This document shows, one piece after another, positions 8,736 to 18,610 of a DNA stretch of 64,000 nt. The position numbers and the translations under genes were made by a program. The stretch's first letter is position 1, and each line of letters begins with the position of its first letter. The stretch is from Ignavibacteria bacterium (GTDB taxonomy: Bacteria > Bacteroidota > Ignavibacteria > Tepidaquicellales > OLB5), in NCBI GenBank assembly GCA_041917655.1, contig JAYRXC010000013.1, positions 11,886 to 75,885 on the forward strand. The letters run 5' to 3'. The notes beneath the pieces are model-generated. The model was not told the origin of the DNA, searched no databases, and worked only from the letters and a program-made list of their open reading frames with translations.

Positions 8736-9839
8736 TTGGGTAAATTTGAAAAAGCTATTGGTGATATTGCGTTAAAATTTTACAAAGGATTTGTCCTCGA
8801 AAAAGATATTGATCCCCTTAAGATTGATCATTCGCAGGTAAAAAACATTCTGATCGTGCTTCGCCACCAGATGGGAGACATGCTCTGCGCGCTTCCGATG
8901 ATGCGCAGCATCAGGAGCCATTTTGCCGATTCCGGAATTACGCTTGTAACTAAACGCTCAACAAACTTCAATGAAATTTTCACAGGTAACGATTCGCCGG
9001 TAGATGAAGTATTTCTCTATGAACACGGATTGGAGAAATACCTTGAGCTTGTAAAAGAACTCAGGACTCGTAAGTTTGATCTTGCAGTGGTGCCATCAAC
9101 GGTTGTCTTTTCTGCCACAAATCATTTCTTTGCTTACAATGCGTATGCGAAGTACAGGGTCGGAGTGAAGTCAAAGGATTTTGAGCCTAACAAGGTTTCC
9201 TACCTGCTGAATATTAAAAGTGATTTCCTGTGGGATTCAAAAAAGGTGCACCAGATTGAGCGCAATTTGGATATTATCCGCCAGCTTAAAATTCCCGCCG
9301 CCGAAACTTCCATCAGGCTGAAGGTAAATTCAGCGCAAAATGAATTTGCAGATAATTTTTTTAGGGAAAATTTCGCGGGTCATCCAGGACCCGTAATTGG
9401 TTTCCATTTAGGTGCAGGTAAGCCTCAAAACGTATGGCCCGCCGAGCGATTTGCAGAATTGGCGAATTTGCTTCATAATGCCAAAAATGCGGCCTTTTTC
9501 ATATCCGAAGGCCCCGCGGACGGGATTTACGTAAGTAAATTCAAAGAGGTTATGCGTACAAAATTTCCCGCAATAAAATACGCGGTGCATAATGGCGAAA
9601 TCATGAATAATGCTGCAATAATAAGCAAATTGCGCCTTTTTGTGACAAATGATACGGGAATAATGCACATCGCCTCGGGATTTAATGTGCCGCTAATAGC
9701 GCTTTTCGGGCCTACTCCGGCTTTTGAATGGGGCCCGATTGGAAAGGGAAAGATCGCAATTCAAGGCGGTGCATCTTCCATCAATAATATAGATATAAAT
9801 CATGTATATGAAACCACTTTGGCTCTATTAAGTGTTTAA
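8736..9839 (+). CDS. glycosyltransferase family 9 (heptosyltransferase-like)
   Basis: 'ILIVLRHQMGDMLCALPMMRSIR', 'FDLAVV', 'FHLGAGKP.N.WP.ERFAEL' and 'LFVTNDTGIMHIASG' are GT9 hallmarks. TTG start. Confidence 0.75.
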   Translation: MGKFEKAIGDIALKFYKGFVLEKDIDPLKIDHSQVKNILIVLRHQMGDMLCALPMMRSIRSHFADSGITLVTKRSTNFNEIFTGNDSPVDEVFLYEHGLEKYLELVKELRTRKFDLAVVPSTVVFSATNHFFAYNAYAKYRVGVKSKDFEPNKVSYLLNIKSDFLWDSKKVHQIERNLDIIRQLKIPAAETSIRLKVNSAQNEFADNFFRENFAGHPGPVIGFHLGAGKPQNVWPAERFAELANLLHNAKNAAFFISEGPADGIYVSKFKEVMRTKFPAIKYAVHNGEIMNNAAIISKLRLFVTNDTGIMHIASGFNVPLIALFGPTPAFEWGPIGKGKIAIQGGASSINNIDINHVYETTLALLSV

Positions 9840-9889
9840 AATAATACGATTTATAGTGATTTTTGGCTGATTTTACGGGCAATTTTGTC

Positions 9890-9918
9890 TTGACATTTCT
9901 TACTTCTAAATATATATT
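9890..9918 (+). promoter_or_regulatory. sigma70-like promoter (TTGACA - 17 nt - TATATT)
   Basis: TTGACA at 9890-9895, a spacer of exactly 17 nt, and TATATT at 9913-9918. Lies 168 nt upstream of the porU ATG. Confidence 0.35.
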
Positions 9919-10024
9919 GCTTTAAAAGAGGGTAAGAAATTATAGAATAATTGTTAGAGGTTTTAATTTCGGTTTTATAAAAACGGATGCCTTTAGCAAT
10001 ATATTCTGTAAAATTTTTATAGAG

Positions 10025-10059
10025 CCGAATTGAACTATTTATTCAATTTCGGTTTTTTT
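10025..10059 (+). terminator. intrinsic-terminator-like hairpin plus T7 tract inside the porU leader (candidate attenuator or sRNA 3' end)
   Basis: CCGAATTGAA (10025-10034) pairs with TTCAATTTCGG (10042-10052) with one bulge, followed by TTTTTTT (10053-10059). The porU ATG is 27 nt downstream. Confidence 0.4.
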
Positions 10060-10085
10060 ATTACTAATTCTAAATTCTATCCAGA

Positions 10086-13000
10086 ATGACATCGTTAAAA
10101 ATTTCCCTGATCGCAGTGCTGGCATTGACAGGCTCTCTACTATTTGCCCAGTCAGAAAAGACCGCTAAAAATAACGGATTCATTTACGAGCAGTCGCGCG
10201 CGCCGCAGATGAACGATTTTATGTTCAATAATGTAAAGCCCGACTATAAGATCATAACTACCGGCTCTGATTATCTTGAGCTGGAGTTTTACCCCATGGA
10301 AGTAGCCGAACAGGTGAAGGAGCAAAACGGTGAAATGCTCTCCATGTTCGAATACCGAAACGGTGTTGCCAAATCATTAATGGAAGCAGGCAGCCCGGAC
10401 CTAAGGTACAGAAGCTTCTCCGTTTTCCTGCCTTCTGAACGCAATAATACAGTGCAGGTTTTGGATTTTGATGTTACTGAAAAACAGGGCATAAATCTGG
10501 CGCCGGTTCCTCACATGAGCGTTACAGACCCGAACAGCAGAAGCTTTGACAACGCATACTTTTCCTACACAAAAAATAACGATTACACTCAAAATAAGTT
10601 CTTGCCTGAAAAGCTGGCTGACCTCGAGAACGTAGGGCCGCTGCGGGATATTGTTGCAGGCAACCTTATAATTAACCCCATGCAGTATAACCCTGTTTCA
10701 AGAACACTGAAGATATACACCAGGGTTAGGGTCCGCATAAACTTTGGCGATAGGCCTGTGTTCCTCAACAAAGCAAGGAATCCCAATGAGATTGCACTTC
10801 TTTCGGGAAGCGCGGTTAATTCATCAAATGCTATGAACTGGGTTGACCCCAAGTTTAAAAGCATGTCCAGAAGCACTTCGCTTGTGAACAGCTTCCTGTC
10901 AGCAGGTGACTGGTACAAGATAGAGGTTAAAGATGCCGGTGACGGAAAAAGTGAAGGTATCTATAAGATAACGAAAAGCTTCCTTGAAGGTGCAGGAGTT
11001 AACCTTTCAGGTGTTGACCCACGAACCATCAAAATGTACGGCAATGGCGGCGCATTGCTGCAGGAAGATATGGCACTGCCAAGGCCAATTGACCTGGAAG
11101 AGATCGATATTTATTTCGAAGGCGAATCTGACGGTATTTTCAACAATGAAGATTTCATACTCTTCTACGGCAAATCTATCAATAGCTGGAATTACGACAC
11201 AGTCTCCAATGTTTTCAGGCATACGGTAAACTACCATAGCCGCTCGAATTATTACTGGATCTGCCTTAACACACCCGGCAACGGAAGCAGGATGCAGGTT
11301 GTGAACTCTGAAAACGGTTCCTCGCCCTATGTGCCTTCTTCGTTTACTGAAAAAGTATTCTGGGAACCGGAGGAAAATAACCTTATCGGGGAAGGGAATC
11401 TCTGGCTCAGCCTCAGGAAATCACCCGGGCAGTCGTTTGACTGGAGCCTGAGCCTTAACGGGTTAGAACCAAATTCGGATATCTATTATAATGTGAAGCT
11501 GGCGGCCAGGACTTTGTGCCCGTATTCAAGCTACTTTCTTGTTAAGGATGATTATTCAAATATGCCTGAGCTCTCCCTTGCTATGTATTGTGTAATTGCC
11601 GGATTCAATGAGTGGATAGATACACGTTCGCTTACATTTAATGTCAACGCTTCTCAAAAAACAAACGGCGAACAGGTTAAGCTGCGCTCAACATTCTACG
11701 CCTCAAACGGCGAATCTGAAGGGTATGTAGATTACCAGGAGATCCTTTATAAGAGGAGGTTCAATTCGGTTGCAGGAGATTTTGTCCAGTTCAACTCGCC
11801 CGATACTTCCGGCCTGGTTGAATACAATGTTTCTTCCTTTTCGAATGCCAATATAAAAGTTTTTGACGCAACCGTTCACGGCGATGTGAAGATCATTCAG
11901 CCGATAAGCATATCACCTTCAAATGTTAAGTTCCAGAAAACTGAAGCCAAGAACACACTCAGCAGCTTTTTCGTGGTTGGGCAGAATGGCTTTAAGAATC
12001 CTACAGGGATTTCCGCAAGGGTGGCTAACCAGAACCTGCACGGGATAAGCGATGGGGCAAGCTTCATTATTATCACACATAGAGACTTTGTCTCCGCGGC
12101 AGAAAGGATCAAGAACAGGAGAGAAGAAGGCGGACCTTCTAACCCGGAATACCTGAAAACAATGATAGTAACTACCGACCAGATATATAACGAATTTTCA
12201 GGCGGTGTACTTGACGCGGTTGCGATCAGGGATTTTGTCAAATATGCTTTTGAAAACTGGAGCGAACGCCCTTCGTTTGTATGTTTATTAGGTGACGGGG
12301 GCTTTGATTACAAAAATATCCAGACACAGGGCGGCAACTACGTTCCGGCATGGGAACTGACGAGTCCCGTAATACACCAGGTTTTAGGCTTAACAACGGA
12401 TGACTTTTTCGTAAACGTTATTCGCGGCACTAATATTGTTGACAGGCCGGATCTTGCTGTAGGAAGAATACCGGCAAACTCGCTTGTTGATGCAAACAGC
12501 TATATTGATAAGATAGCGGAATATGAAAGCGGACAGAATAATGGCTACTGGAAGAACAGGATGATGTTTGTTGCCGATGACGAGCGCACAACCGCTCCGA
12601 ACTGCGAATACATTTATCACCTTGCGCAGTGCGAAACGCTTGCAGAGGAGTTTACACCTCCTTATATAGATAAGATAAAAGTGTTCCTCGCTACTTATCC
12701 AACAGTTATTACGCCGCAGGGCAGAAGAAAACCGCAGGTAAATGCTGATATCGCAAAGTATTGGAATGAAGGCGTACTGAATATTCATTACACCGGCCAT
12801 GGCAGCCCGGACGTATGGGCACATGAATACGTACTTGAAAAGGATAACATTCTCAGCATGCTTTCAAATGATAAGCATTACCCGTTTGTATCGATTGCAA
12901 GCTGCGATATGAGTAAGTTCGATAATCCTGCAAATCAGAGCGCGGGTGAGCTGTTCATGATGGCGCAGAGAAAAGGTGCAATTGGTACAATAGCAGCTTC

Positions 13001-14252
13001 CAGGCCTGTTTACGCAGCTACAAACGCAGCATTCTTCTATTCGGTTTTCAGTAATCTCTATATACCAAGGGATACTTTGCTGCTGCAGAAAAGGTTCGGT
13101 ACCGCGTTATTTAATACCAAACAGCAGATATCTTACCAGGATAACGATGCAAAGTACATATTAATGTGTGATCCTACAATACGAGTGCAGATGCCGCGCT
13201 TCCGCTCGCATATAGATAGTATCAGCGGGCTTGTTGGTGATACCATGAAGGCGCTTAGCAAGATCAAAATTTACGGCTCTATTTTGCATCCGGATTCAAC
13301 CGTATGGAATGATTACAACGGCAGCCTGGTACTTAAGGTTTATGATGTAGATAAACAGGTTGTGTATAATGAAGATTGCGCGCCGGTTATAGAGCATCAT
13401 TTCAGACAGAACGGCGGGATAATTTACTCGGGCTCACAAACTGTCGCCAACGGTAAATGGACGGCGGAGTATATCGTTCCGCGCGATATTTCTTATCTCA
13501 ACCAGCCGGGAAGGCTAATAAATTACTTCTATAATAACCAATATGACGGCGCAGGTATTAACAGGAATTTCATCGTAGGCGGAATTAATCCGAATGCTGA
13601 TATAGATTCGGTTGGCCCGAGGATCAGCCTGTTTCTGAATAACCGGAATTTCCGTACCGGTGATATTGTAAATGAGAATTTTAAGCTGATAGCTGACCTA
13701 TTTGACGAATCAGGTATTAACACAACCGGTACTATTGGGCACAAGATCGAAGCTGTTCTTGACGGTAACGAGAACAATAAATATGATGTTACTAATTTTT
13801 ATAACAGCGATTCTTCTTATACATCAGGATCGCTTGAGTATGACTTCTCGCAAATTGCTGCCGGTAAACATACGCTAAAGCTAAGGGCGTGGGATACATA
13901 TAATAACTCCAGCGAAGCGTTCGTTGATTTCGAAGTTTCATCCAATGGCATTCTCCAGGTTATGAATGTGTATAACTATCCGAATCCCTTTGCCGGCAAT
14001 ACAGCATTTACGTTCCAGCATAATTATCCCTCGGATATAAACGTAAAGATCAAGGTTTATACCGTAGCAGGCAGGATGATAAAGGAAATTGACAGGGCTA
14101 ACATTTCCGATAAGTTCGTGGTGATAGATTGGGATGGGAAAGATCAGGACGGTGAAACATTGGGAAATGGTGTTTATATTTACAGGTTAACAGTTGAATC
14201 CGGTGACGGCTCTGCCGTTACAAATACCGGAAAATTAGCGGTTTTGAAATAG
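10086..14252 (+). CDS. porU: T9SS sortase PorU (C25 gingipain-like peptidase)
   Basis: 1388 aa with a signal peptide. C25-type catalytic contexts 'IHYTGHGSPDVW' (His) and 'FVSIASCDMSKF' (Cys). Ig-like C-terminal domain 'YNYPNPFAGNTAFTF...GVYIYRL...GKLAVLK'. Immediately upstream of porV, the usual porU-porV arrangement. Confidence 0.8.
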   Translation: MTSLKISLIAVLALTGSLLFAQSEKTAKNNGFIYEQSRAPQMNDFMFNNVKPDYKIITTGSDYLELEFYPMEVAEQVKEQNGEMLSMFEYRNGVAKSLMEAGSPDLRYRSFSVFLPSERNNTVQVLDFDVTEKQGINLAPVPHMSVTDPNSRSFDNAYFSYTKNNDYTQNKFLPEKLADLENVGPLRDIVAGNLIINPMQYNPVSRTLKIYTRVRVRINFGDRPVFLNKARNPNEIALLSGSAVNSSNAMNWVDPKFKSMSRSTSLVNSFLSAGDWYKIEVKDAGDGKSEGIYKITKSFLEGAGVNLSGVDPRTIKMYGNGGALLQEDMALPRPIDLEEIDIYFEGESDGIFNNEDFILFYGKSINSWNYDTVSNVFRHTVNYHSRSNYYWICLNTPGNGSRMQVVNSENGSSPYVPSSFTEKVFWEPEENNLIGEGNLWLSLRKSPGQSFDWSLSLNGLEPNSDIYYNVKLAARTLCPYSSYFLVKDDYSNMPELSLAMYCVIAGFNEWIDTRSLTFNVNASQKTNGEQVKLRSTFYASNGESEGYVDYQEILYKRRFNSVAGDFVQFNSPDTSGLVEYNVSSFSNANIKVFDATVHGDVKIIQPISISPSNVKFQKTEAKNTLSSFFVVGQNGFKNPTGISARVANQNLHGISDGASFIIITHRDFVSAAERIKNRREEGGPSNPEYLKTMIVTTDQIYNEFSGGVLDAVAIRDFVKYAFENWSERPSFVCLLGDGGFDYKNIQTQGGNYVPAWELTSPVIHQVLGLTTDDFFVNVIRGTNIVDRPDLAVGRIPANSLVDANSYIDKIAEYESGQNNGYWKNRMMFVADDERTTAPNCEYIYHLAQCETLAEEFTPPYIDKIKVFLATYPTVITPQGRRKPQVNADIAKYWNEGVLNIHYTGHGSPDVWAHEYVLEKDNILSMLSNDKHYPFVSIASCDMSKFDNPANQSAGELFMMAQRKGAIGTIAASRPVYAATNAAFFYSVFSNLYIPRDTLLLQKRFGTALFNTKQQISYQDNDAKYILMCDPTIRVQMPRFRSHIDSISGLVGDTMKALSKIKIYGSILHPDSTVWNDYNGSLVLKVYDVDKQVVYNEDCAPVIEHHFRQNGGIIYSGSQTVANGKWTAEYIVPRDISYLNQPGRLINYFYNNQYDGAGINRNFIVGGINPNADIDSVGPRISLFLNNRNFRTGDIVNENFKLIADLFDESGINTTGTIGHKIEAVLDGNENNKYDVTNFYNSDSSYTSGSLEYDFSQIAAGKHTLKLRAWDTYNNSSEAFVDFEVSSNGILQVMNVYNYPNPFAGNTAFTFQHNYPSDINVKIKVYTVAGRMIKEIDRANISDKFVVIDWDGKDQDGETLGNGVYIYRLTVESGDGSAVTNTGKLAVLK

Positions 14253-14287
14253 AAAATAATATTAATATATCCAGGAGGAAACTTTAG

Positions 14288-15430
14288 ATGTTCAAATTAA
14301 AAATGTGCATACTGGCTGCTGCTGTACTTGTGCTATCAGGAAAGATCTATGCGCAGGGCGAGTCAGCTGTCCCTTTTCTGTTGATAGGGCCTAATTCATT
14401 AAACGCCGGTATGGGTGAAACAGGAACAGGTATGATAAATGATGCTTCGGCAATGTTCTGGAATCCTGCAGGCCTTGGCTTCCAAAAAGGCAACCAGGTT
14501 TCAATTACCCACTCACCATGGCTTCCGGGCCTTGGCCTTTCTGACCTGTTCTACGATTACCTCGCTGGTAAATATTACATGAAAAAGCTCAAAGGTACTA
14601 TTGGAGTGAGCATAACTTATCTTAATATCGGTAAGATCATCCGTACTGATGAGTTCGGTAACGAAATAGGCGATTACCAGGCATTTGACGGAGCGCTTGC
14701 TGTTGGCTACGGCACAAAGGTAACAAAGGATCTCGGTGTAGGAGTAGTTACAAGGTTCATCTACAGCAAGCTTGCAGTAGGTAAAGTTGGTAACGAGCAG
14801 GGCTCGGGTACCGCTTATGACCTCAGCTTCGATATCTCCGGCCTCTGGCGTCCATCAAAGACCAAGCTGAAATTCATCAACAATAAGCTCGGTATAGGTA
14901 TCAATATTTCAAATATCGGACCCAAAGTAACATATGTTGATAATGACCAGGCTGATCCGCTTCCTACAAATCTGCGTCTCGGTTTCGCTTACGATATTTA
15001 CCAGAGCGAATTCAACAACTTAACGCTCACCGCCGATTTTGCGAAGCTTCTTGTCAAAAGAAGGGAAGAAGGAAAATCTGACCCGGTATATAAAGGTATA
15101 TTCACATCATTCAGCGGCGGATTCGATAATGTAATGAAATCAATTCAGTCATCAGTTGGCGCTGAATACTGGTACGGCAAGCCTAAGCTTATCGGCTTAA
15201 GAGGCGGTTTCTTCTATGAAGATCCTGACAGGGGCAAAAGAAAGTTCATCACTCTTGGCGCAAGCATAAGGTACAGCATGTATGGATTCGATTTCAGTTA
15301 CATCAACACCATCGAAGAAAATCATCCGCTGGCTAATACATTAAGATTTACACTTTCAGTGAACTTCGGGCAGCCCGAACAAACAGTTAAAGTTCCGGAA
15401 GAAAAGAAACCTGAAGAACCCCAAAAATAG
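14288..15430 (+). CDS. porV: T9SS outer-membrane channel/shuttle protein PorV (LptO family)
   Basis: 'GESAVPFLLIGPNSLNAGMGETGTG..NDASAMFWNPAGLGF' matches the PorV N-terminal signature. Beta-barrel pattern. AGGAGG at 14273-14278. Confidence 0.8.
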   Translation: MFKLKMCILAAAVLVLSGKIYAQGESAVPFLLIGPNSLNAGMGETGTGMINDASAMFWNPAGLGFQKGNQVSITHSPWLPGLGLSDLFYDYLAGKYYMKKLKGTIGVSITYLNIGKIIRTDEFGNEIGDYQAFDGALAVGYGTKVTKDLGVGVVTRFIYSKLAVGKVGNEQGSGTAYDLSFDISGLWRPSKTKLKFINNKLGIGINISNIGPKVTYVDNDQADPLPTNLRLGFAYDIYQSEFNNLTLTADFAKLLVKRREEGKSDPVYKGIFTSFSGGFDNVMKSIQSSVGAEYWYGKPKLIGLRGGFFYEDPDRGKRKFITLGASIRYSMYGFDFSYINTIEENHPLANTLRFTLSVNFGQPEQTVKVPEEKKPEEPQK

Positions 15431-15434
15431 TTAA

Positions 15435-18400
15435 ATGAATATCATATCGCAGAGCAGTTTGCGGATACTGACAGCTTTAATGCTGTTAGTATCCGTTCAT
15501 TTTATTACTCATTCTCAAACCGGCGGCCGCAAGCTTGATCTCAGGCTAAGCCATCCGCTTAACAGCCACCCGGTTTCATCGTTTGGAAATCCATACGATA
15601 ATATCCTCTTCCGCTCAGCCGTTCCCGAAACGCTGAATGTGTACGCTATTATGGTGCAGTTCCGCGAAGATAATAATCCCCAAACTACCGGAAACGGCAG
15701 ATTCGATGTATCCAGCAACTACCCGGATTCCGTCGATGCGCCGCCCCATGACAGCCTGTACTTTTCATACAAGCTGGAGTTCATGAAAAACTATTATTAT
15801 AAATCTTCTAAGGGCAAGCTGATAATAAATTATACCATACTGCCTACTATAAGGAATCTTTCGGCGGAAATGGAACAGTACTCGCCGCGCAGGACGGAAA
15901 ACCTTAGCCGTATGGGCAACCTGTTTTTCGATGTATGGCGCTCGGCTGATAGTGTTGTGGATTTTTCGGGTATCGATCCGTCGAAATCCGCATTCGTGAT
16001 CTTTCACGCAGGTGTTGGAAGGGATGTTGACCTTGCTTCACAGGGATTGTTCGTTGGCGAACTTGATCTGCCCTCGATATACATGAGCAATGCAACACTC
16101 AAATCAATTTACGGCGATACAACACAGGGCTATTATACCAATGAAGGTGTTATTATTCCCAGCTCATGTATGCTGCCTGAGCAGGAGTACAGGATCGTTA
16201 ACACAAGCTTCGGGGATATCTATCTCGAGCTAGGTCTGAATGGTATTGTAGTGGCAACTCTTGGCAGCCATTTGGGTTTACCGGATCTGTTTGATACTGA
16301 AACCGGAAGTACGGCTATCGGCAGGTTCGGGTTAATGGATGGACAGGCTATATTCAGCTATCTAGGTGTTTTCCCGCCTGAACCTTCAGCATGGGAAAAG
16401 CAGTACTTGGGCTGGGCATCACCAATTACAGTCAGCTCAAGCGGCACATATACAACCAAGGCCGCAACGCTTGATGTAAACGGGAATGAATCTATTTATA
16501 AAATTTTCATCAGCGGCAAAGAGTATTTTCTGGTTGAAAACAGGAACCGCGACGCTAACGGAAACGGACAGACTATCCATTTCGTAAAAGGCGGCGTTAG
16601 GGATAGTATCAACTTCACGCAGGATGTAGAAGGCTTTAACAGTTCAGATATCTGGAAGCTGAAGGGAAGCATTACCGATGTTGATGAGCTTGACTGGAGC
16701 GTGCCCGGCATTAAGAACGATACGGCTAACTTTCAGGGCGGAATTTTGGTTTGGCATATTGATGAAAATGTTATCGATGCCAATATTGCTTCAAATACAA
16801 TTAACACAAATATTAATCACCGCGGTGTTGATGTTGAAGAAGCCAAAGGCTCACAGGATATCGGCGTGGTAGTTTCTACTCCGCTTGGCGATGTGATAAG
16901 CGATGGTTTTTTTGTTGATTTTTGGTATGACGGCAATCATTACAGGCCCTCAAATATTTACAGGAATGAATTCAACCAAACATCATTCCCTAATTCCAAA
17001 AGTTATTCAAACATTGATTCAAGGGTATGCCTCTCGGCTTTCAGCCAGATAGGGCCAACTATGACCTTCAACTACCAGCTTTGCGGAAACATAACCAACA
17101 TAGGCTCATACCCGAGGTTCATTGGTATCGATAACAGCGGCAACGCTCAGCCTGTTGGTATAGACTACAACGGCAACGGCTTCGACGAGGTTTTTGTAAA
17201 TGTTAAAGACAGCCTTTACGGTTTCAGGGATAACGGCAATTCGATAAGGGTTGATATGCCAAACGGATTCCTTAAAGACAGCGTTGCTCAATCAGTAGTA
17301 GGATTGCTGAACTATAACATTGGCGGCAGTGACAAACATATTGTCGGTGTTTACGGCAATAAGTTCTCATTGCTGAATTTTAATATTGATTCAGCAACAG
17401 GCGCACCTGTTGTTAACCAGGTTGTAACTTCAAGAAGATTTACTTCACCTGTTTACATCCCGACCGATATCGCGCAATCAAAATTCATTTTTTCCGGTAC
17501 AGAAAGCGGCGTAATGGGCAGGTATAATGTTGATTCAAACACCGTCACATTCTATTCGCCCGGAACGGGGAACCTGGATATTACCCAGCTTGCAGCGGGA
17601 CTTGGCGGCACATCACAGCCAATCTTAACATACATTGATGCGTCAAAGAAATATTTTGCGCAGAGTCTCATAAATATTACCGGTCAGCAGCCGATAGACC
17701 CAACAAGCTTTCCTGTGTATGTTACTACAGATAACAAGCTAAATGTGAACAATACCACGGTAATTTCAAACAACCTTGGAATAAATACACTGTATTCTTC
17801 ACCTGTAATTGCAGATCTGAACAAAGACGGCAAACAGGATATAATATTTTCGGCTGATAGCAAGCTATATGCGGTGAATCAGAACGGCGTACCGCTGGAT
17901 AACTTCCCGTTCACTGTACCTAATGTAAGCAGGATATCAAGCGGTTGCGCTATTGCTGATATAAACGCTGATGGAATTAATGACGTAATATTCGGAACCG
18001 GTGATGGAAGAATTTACGCCTACGGCTCTAACGGCAGGATAGTTGACGGATTCCCGCTAACAACTGGCGGTGTTGTGAATTCCACCCCGGCGCTGATAAA
18101 CACCGGCGGCAATTTTGGTATAATCGCTTATTCGCAGGATGGTTATTTATATGGTTATAAAACGCCCTGGGCATATGACTCCGCAAAAGTAATATGGCGC
18201 AATTACCTGAAGGATAACGGCCACTCAAACGCTAACCTTGTTCCGCCAACCGGTACGGTAAGCAGCGCGTGCCTGCCTTCTGATAAAGTGTACAACTGGC
18301 CCAATCCGGCGTACGGCAAATCAACCAGCATTCGATACTTCCTCAACGGTGATGTTACCGCGATAAATATCAAAATTATGGATCTTGCAGGTGAGCTTGT

Positions 18401-18551
18401 TACTACACTTGCAGGTACAACCCATAAAGGGCTTGATAACGAAGTGCCGTGGGATATCACGAACGTGCAGAGCGGTATATATATAGCGGTACTTGAGCTG
18501 CAGGGCGGCTGCAGCGAAACCGCCTCAATAAAAATTGCGGTTGTTAAGTAA
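15435..18551 (+). CDS. T9SS CTD protein with an M6 (InhA)-like peptidase domain lacking HExxH, plus FG-GAP/VCBS beta-propeller repeats
   Basis: 'FHAGVGRD', 'ATLGSHLGLPDLFD..G....GRFGLMDG' and 'GGILVWHIDEN...GVDVEEAKGSQD' parallel M6 domain blocks. FG-GAP repeats 'SPVIADLNKDGKQDIIF' and 'CAIADINADGINDVIFG'. CTD-like end 'VYNWPNPAYGKSTSIRYFL...SGIYIAVLE...IKIAVVK'. Starts 4 nt after porV. Confidence 0.7.
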   Translation: MNIISQSSLRILTALMLLVSVHFITHSQTGGRKLDLRLSHPLNSHPVSSFGNPYDNILFRSAVPETLNVYAIMVQFREDNNPQTTGNGRFDVSSNYPDSVDAPPHDSLYFSYKLEFMKNYYYKSSKGKLIINYTILPTIRNLSAEMEQYSPRRTENLSRMGNLFFDVWRSADSVVDFSGIDPSKSAFVIFHAGVGRDVDLASQGLFVGELDLPSIYMSNATLKSIYGDTTQGYYTNEGVIIPSSCMLPEQEYRIVNTSFGDIYLELGLNGIVVATLGSHLGLPDLFDTETGSTAIGRFGLMDGQAIFSYLGVFPPEPSAWEKQYLGWASPITVSSSGTYTTKAATLDVNGNESIYKIFISGKEYFLVENRNRDANGNGQTIHFVKGGVRDSINFTQDVEGFNSSDIWKLKGSITDVDELDWSVPGIKNDTANFQGGILVWHIDENVIDANIASNTINTNINHRGVDVEEAKGSQDIGVVVSTPLGDVISDGFFVDFWYDGNHYRPSNIYRNEFNQTSFPNSKSYSNIDSRVCLSAFSQIGPTMTFNYQLCGNITNIGSYPRFIGIDNSGNAQPVGIDYNGNGFDEVFVNVKDSLYGFRDNGNSIRVDMPNGFLKDSVAQSVVGLLNYNIGGSDKHIVGVYGNKFSLLNFNIDSATGAPVVNQVVTSRRFTSPVYIPTDIAQSKFIFSGTESGVMGRYNVDSNTVTFYSPGTGNLDITQLAAGLGGTSQPILTYIDASKKYFAQSLINITGQQPIDPTSFPVYVTTDNKLNVNNTTVISNNLGINTLYSSPVIADLNKDGKQDIIFSADSKLYAVNQNGVPLDNFPFTVPNVSRISSGCAIADINADGINDVIFGTGDGRIYAYGSNGRIVDGFPLTTGGVVNSTPALINTGGNFGIIAYSQDGYLYGYKTPWAYDSAKVIWRNYLKDNGHSNANLVPPTGTVSSACLPSDKVYNWPNPAYGKSTSIRYFLNGDVTAINIKIMDLAGELVTTLAGTTHKGLDNEVPWDITNVQSGIYIAVLELQGGCSETASIKIAVVK

Positions 18552-18581
18552 ATTGTAATTGCAGAAATTCAGAATTATTTT

Positions 18582-18610
18582 AGTCCCGTAATAAACCACG
18601 GGACTTTTTT
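18582..18610 (+). terminator. rho-independent terminator of the porU-porV-15435 operon
   Basis: AGTCCCGT (18582-18589) / ACGGGACT (18598-18605), then a T-run to 18610. It abuts the ATG at 18611. Confidence 0.65.
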
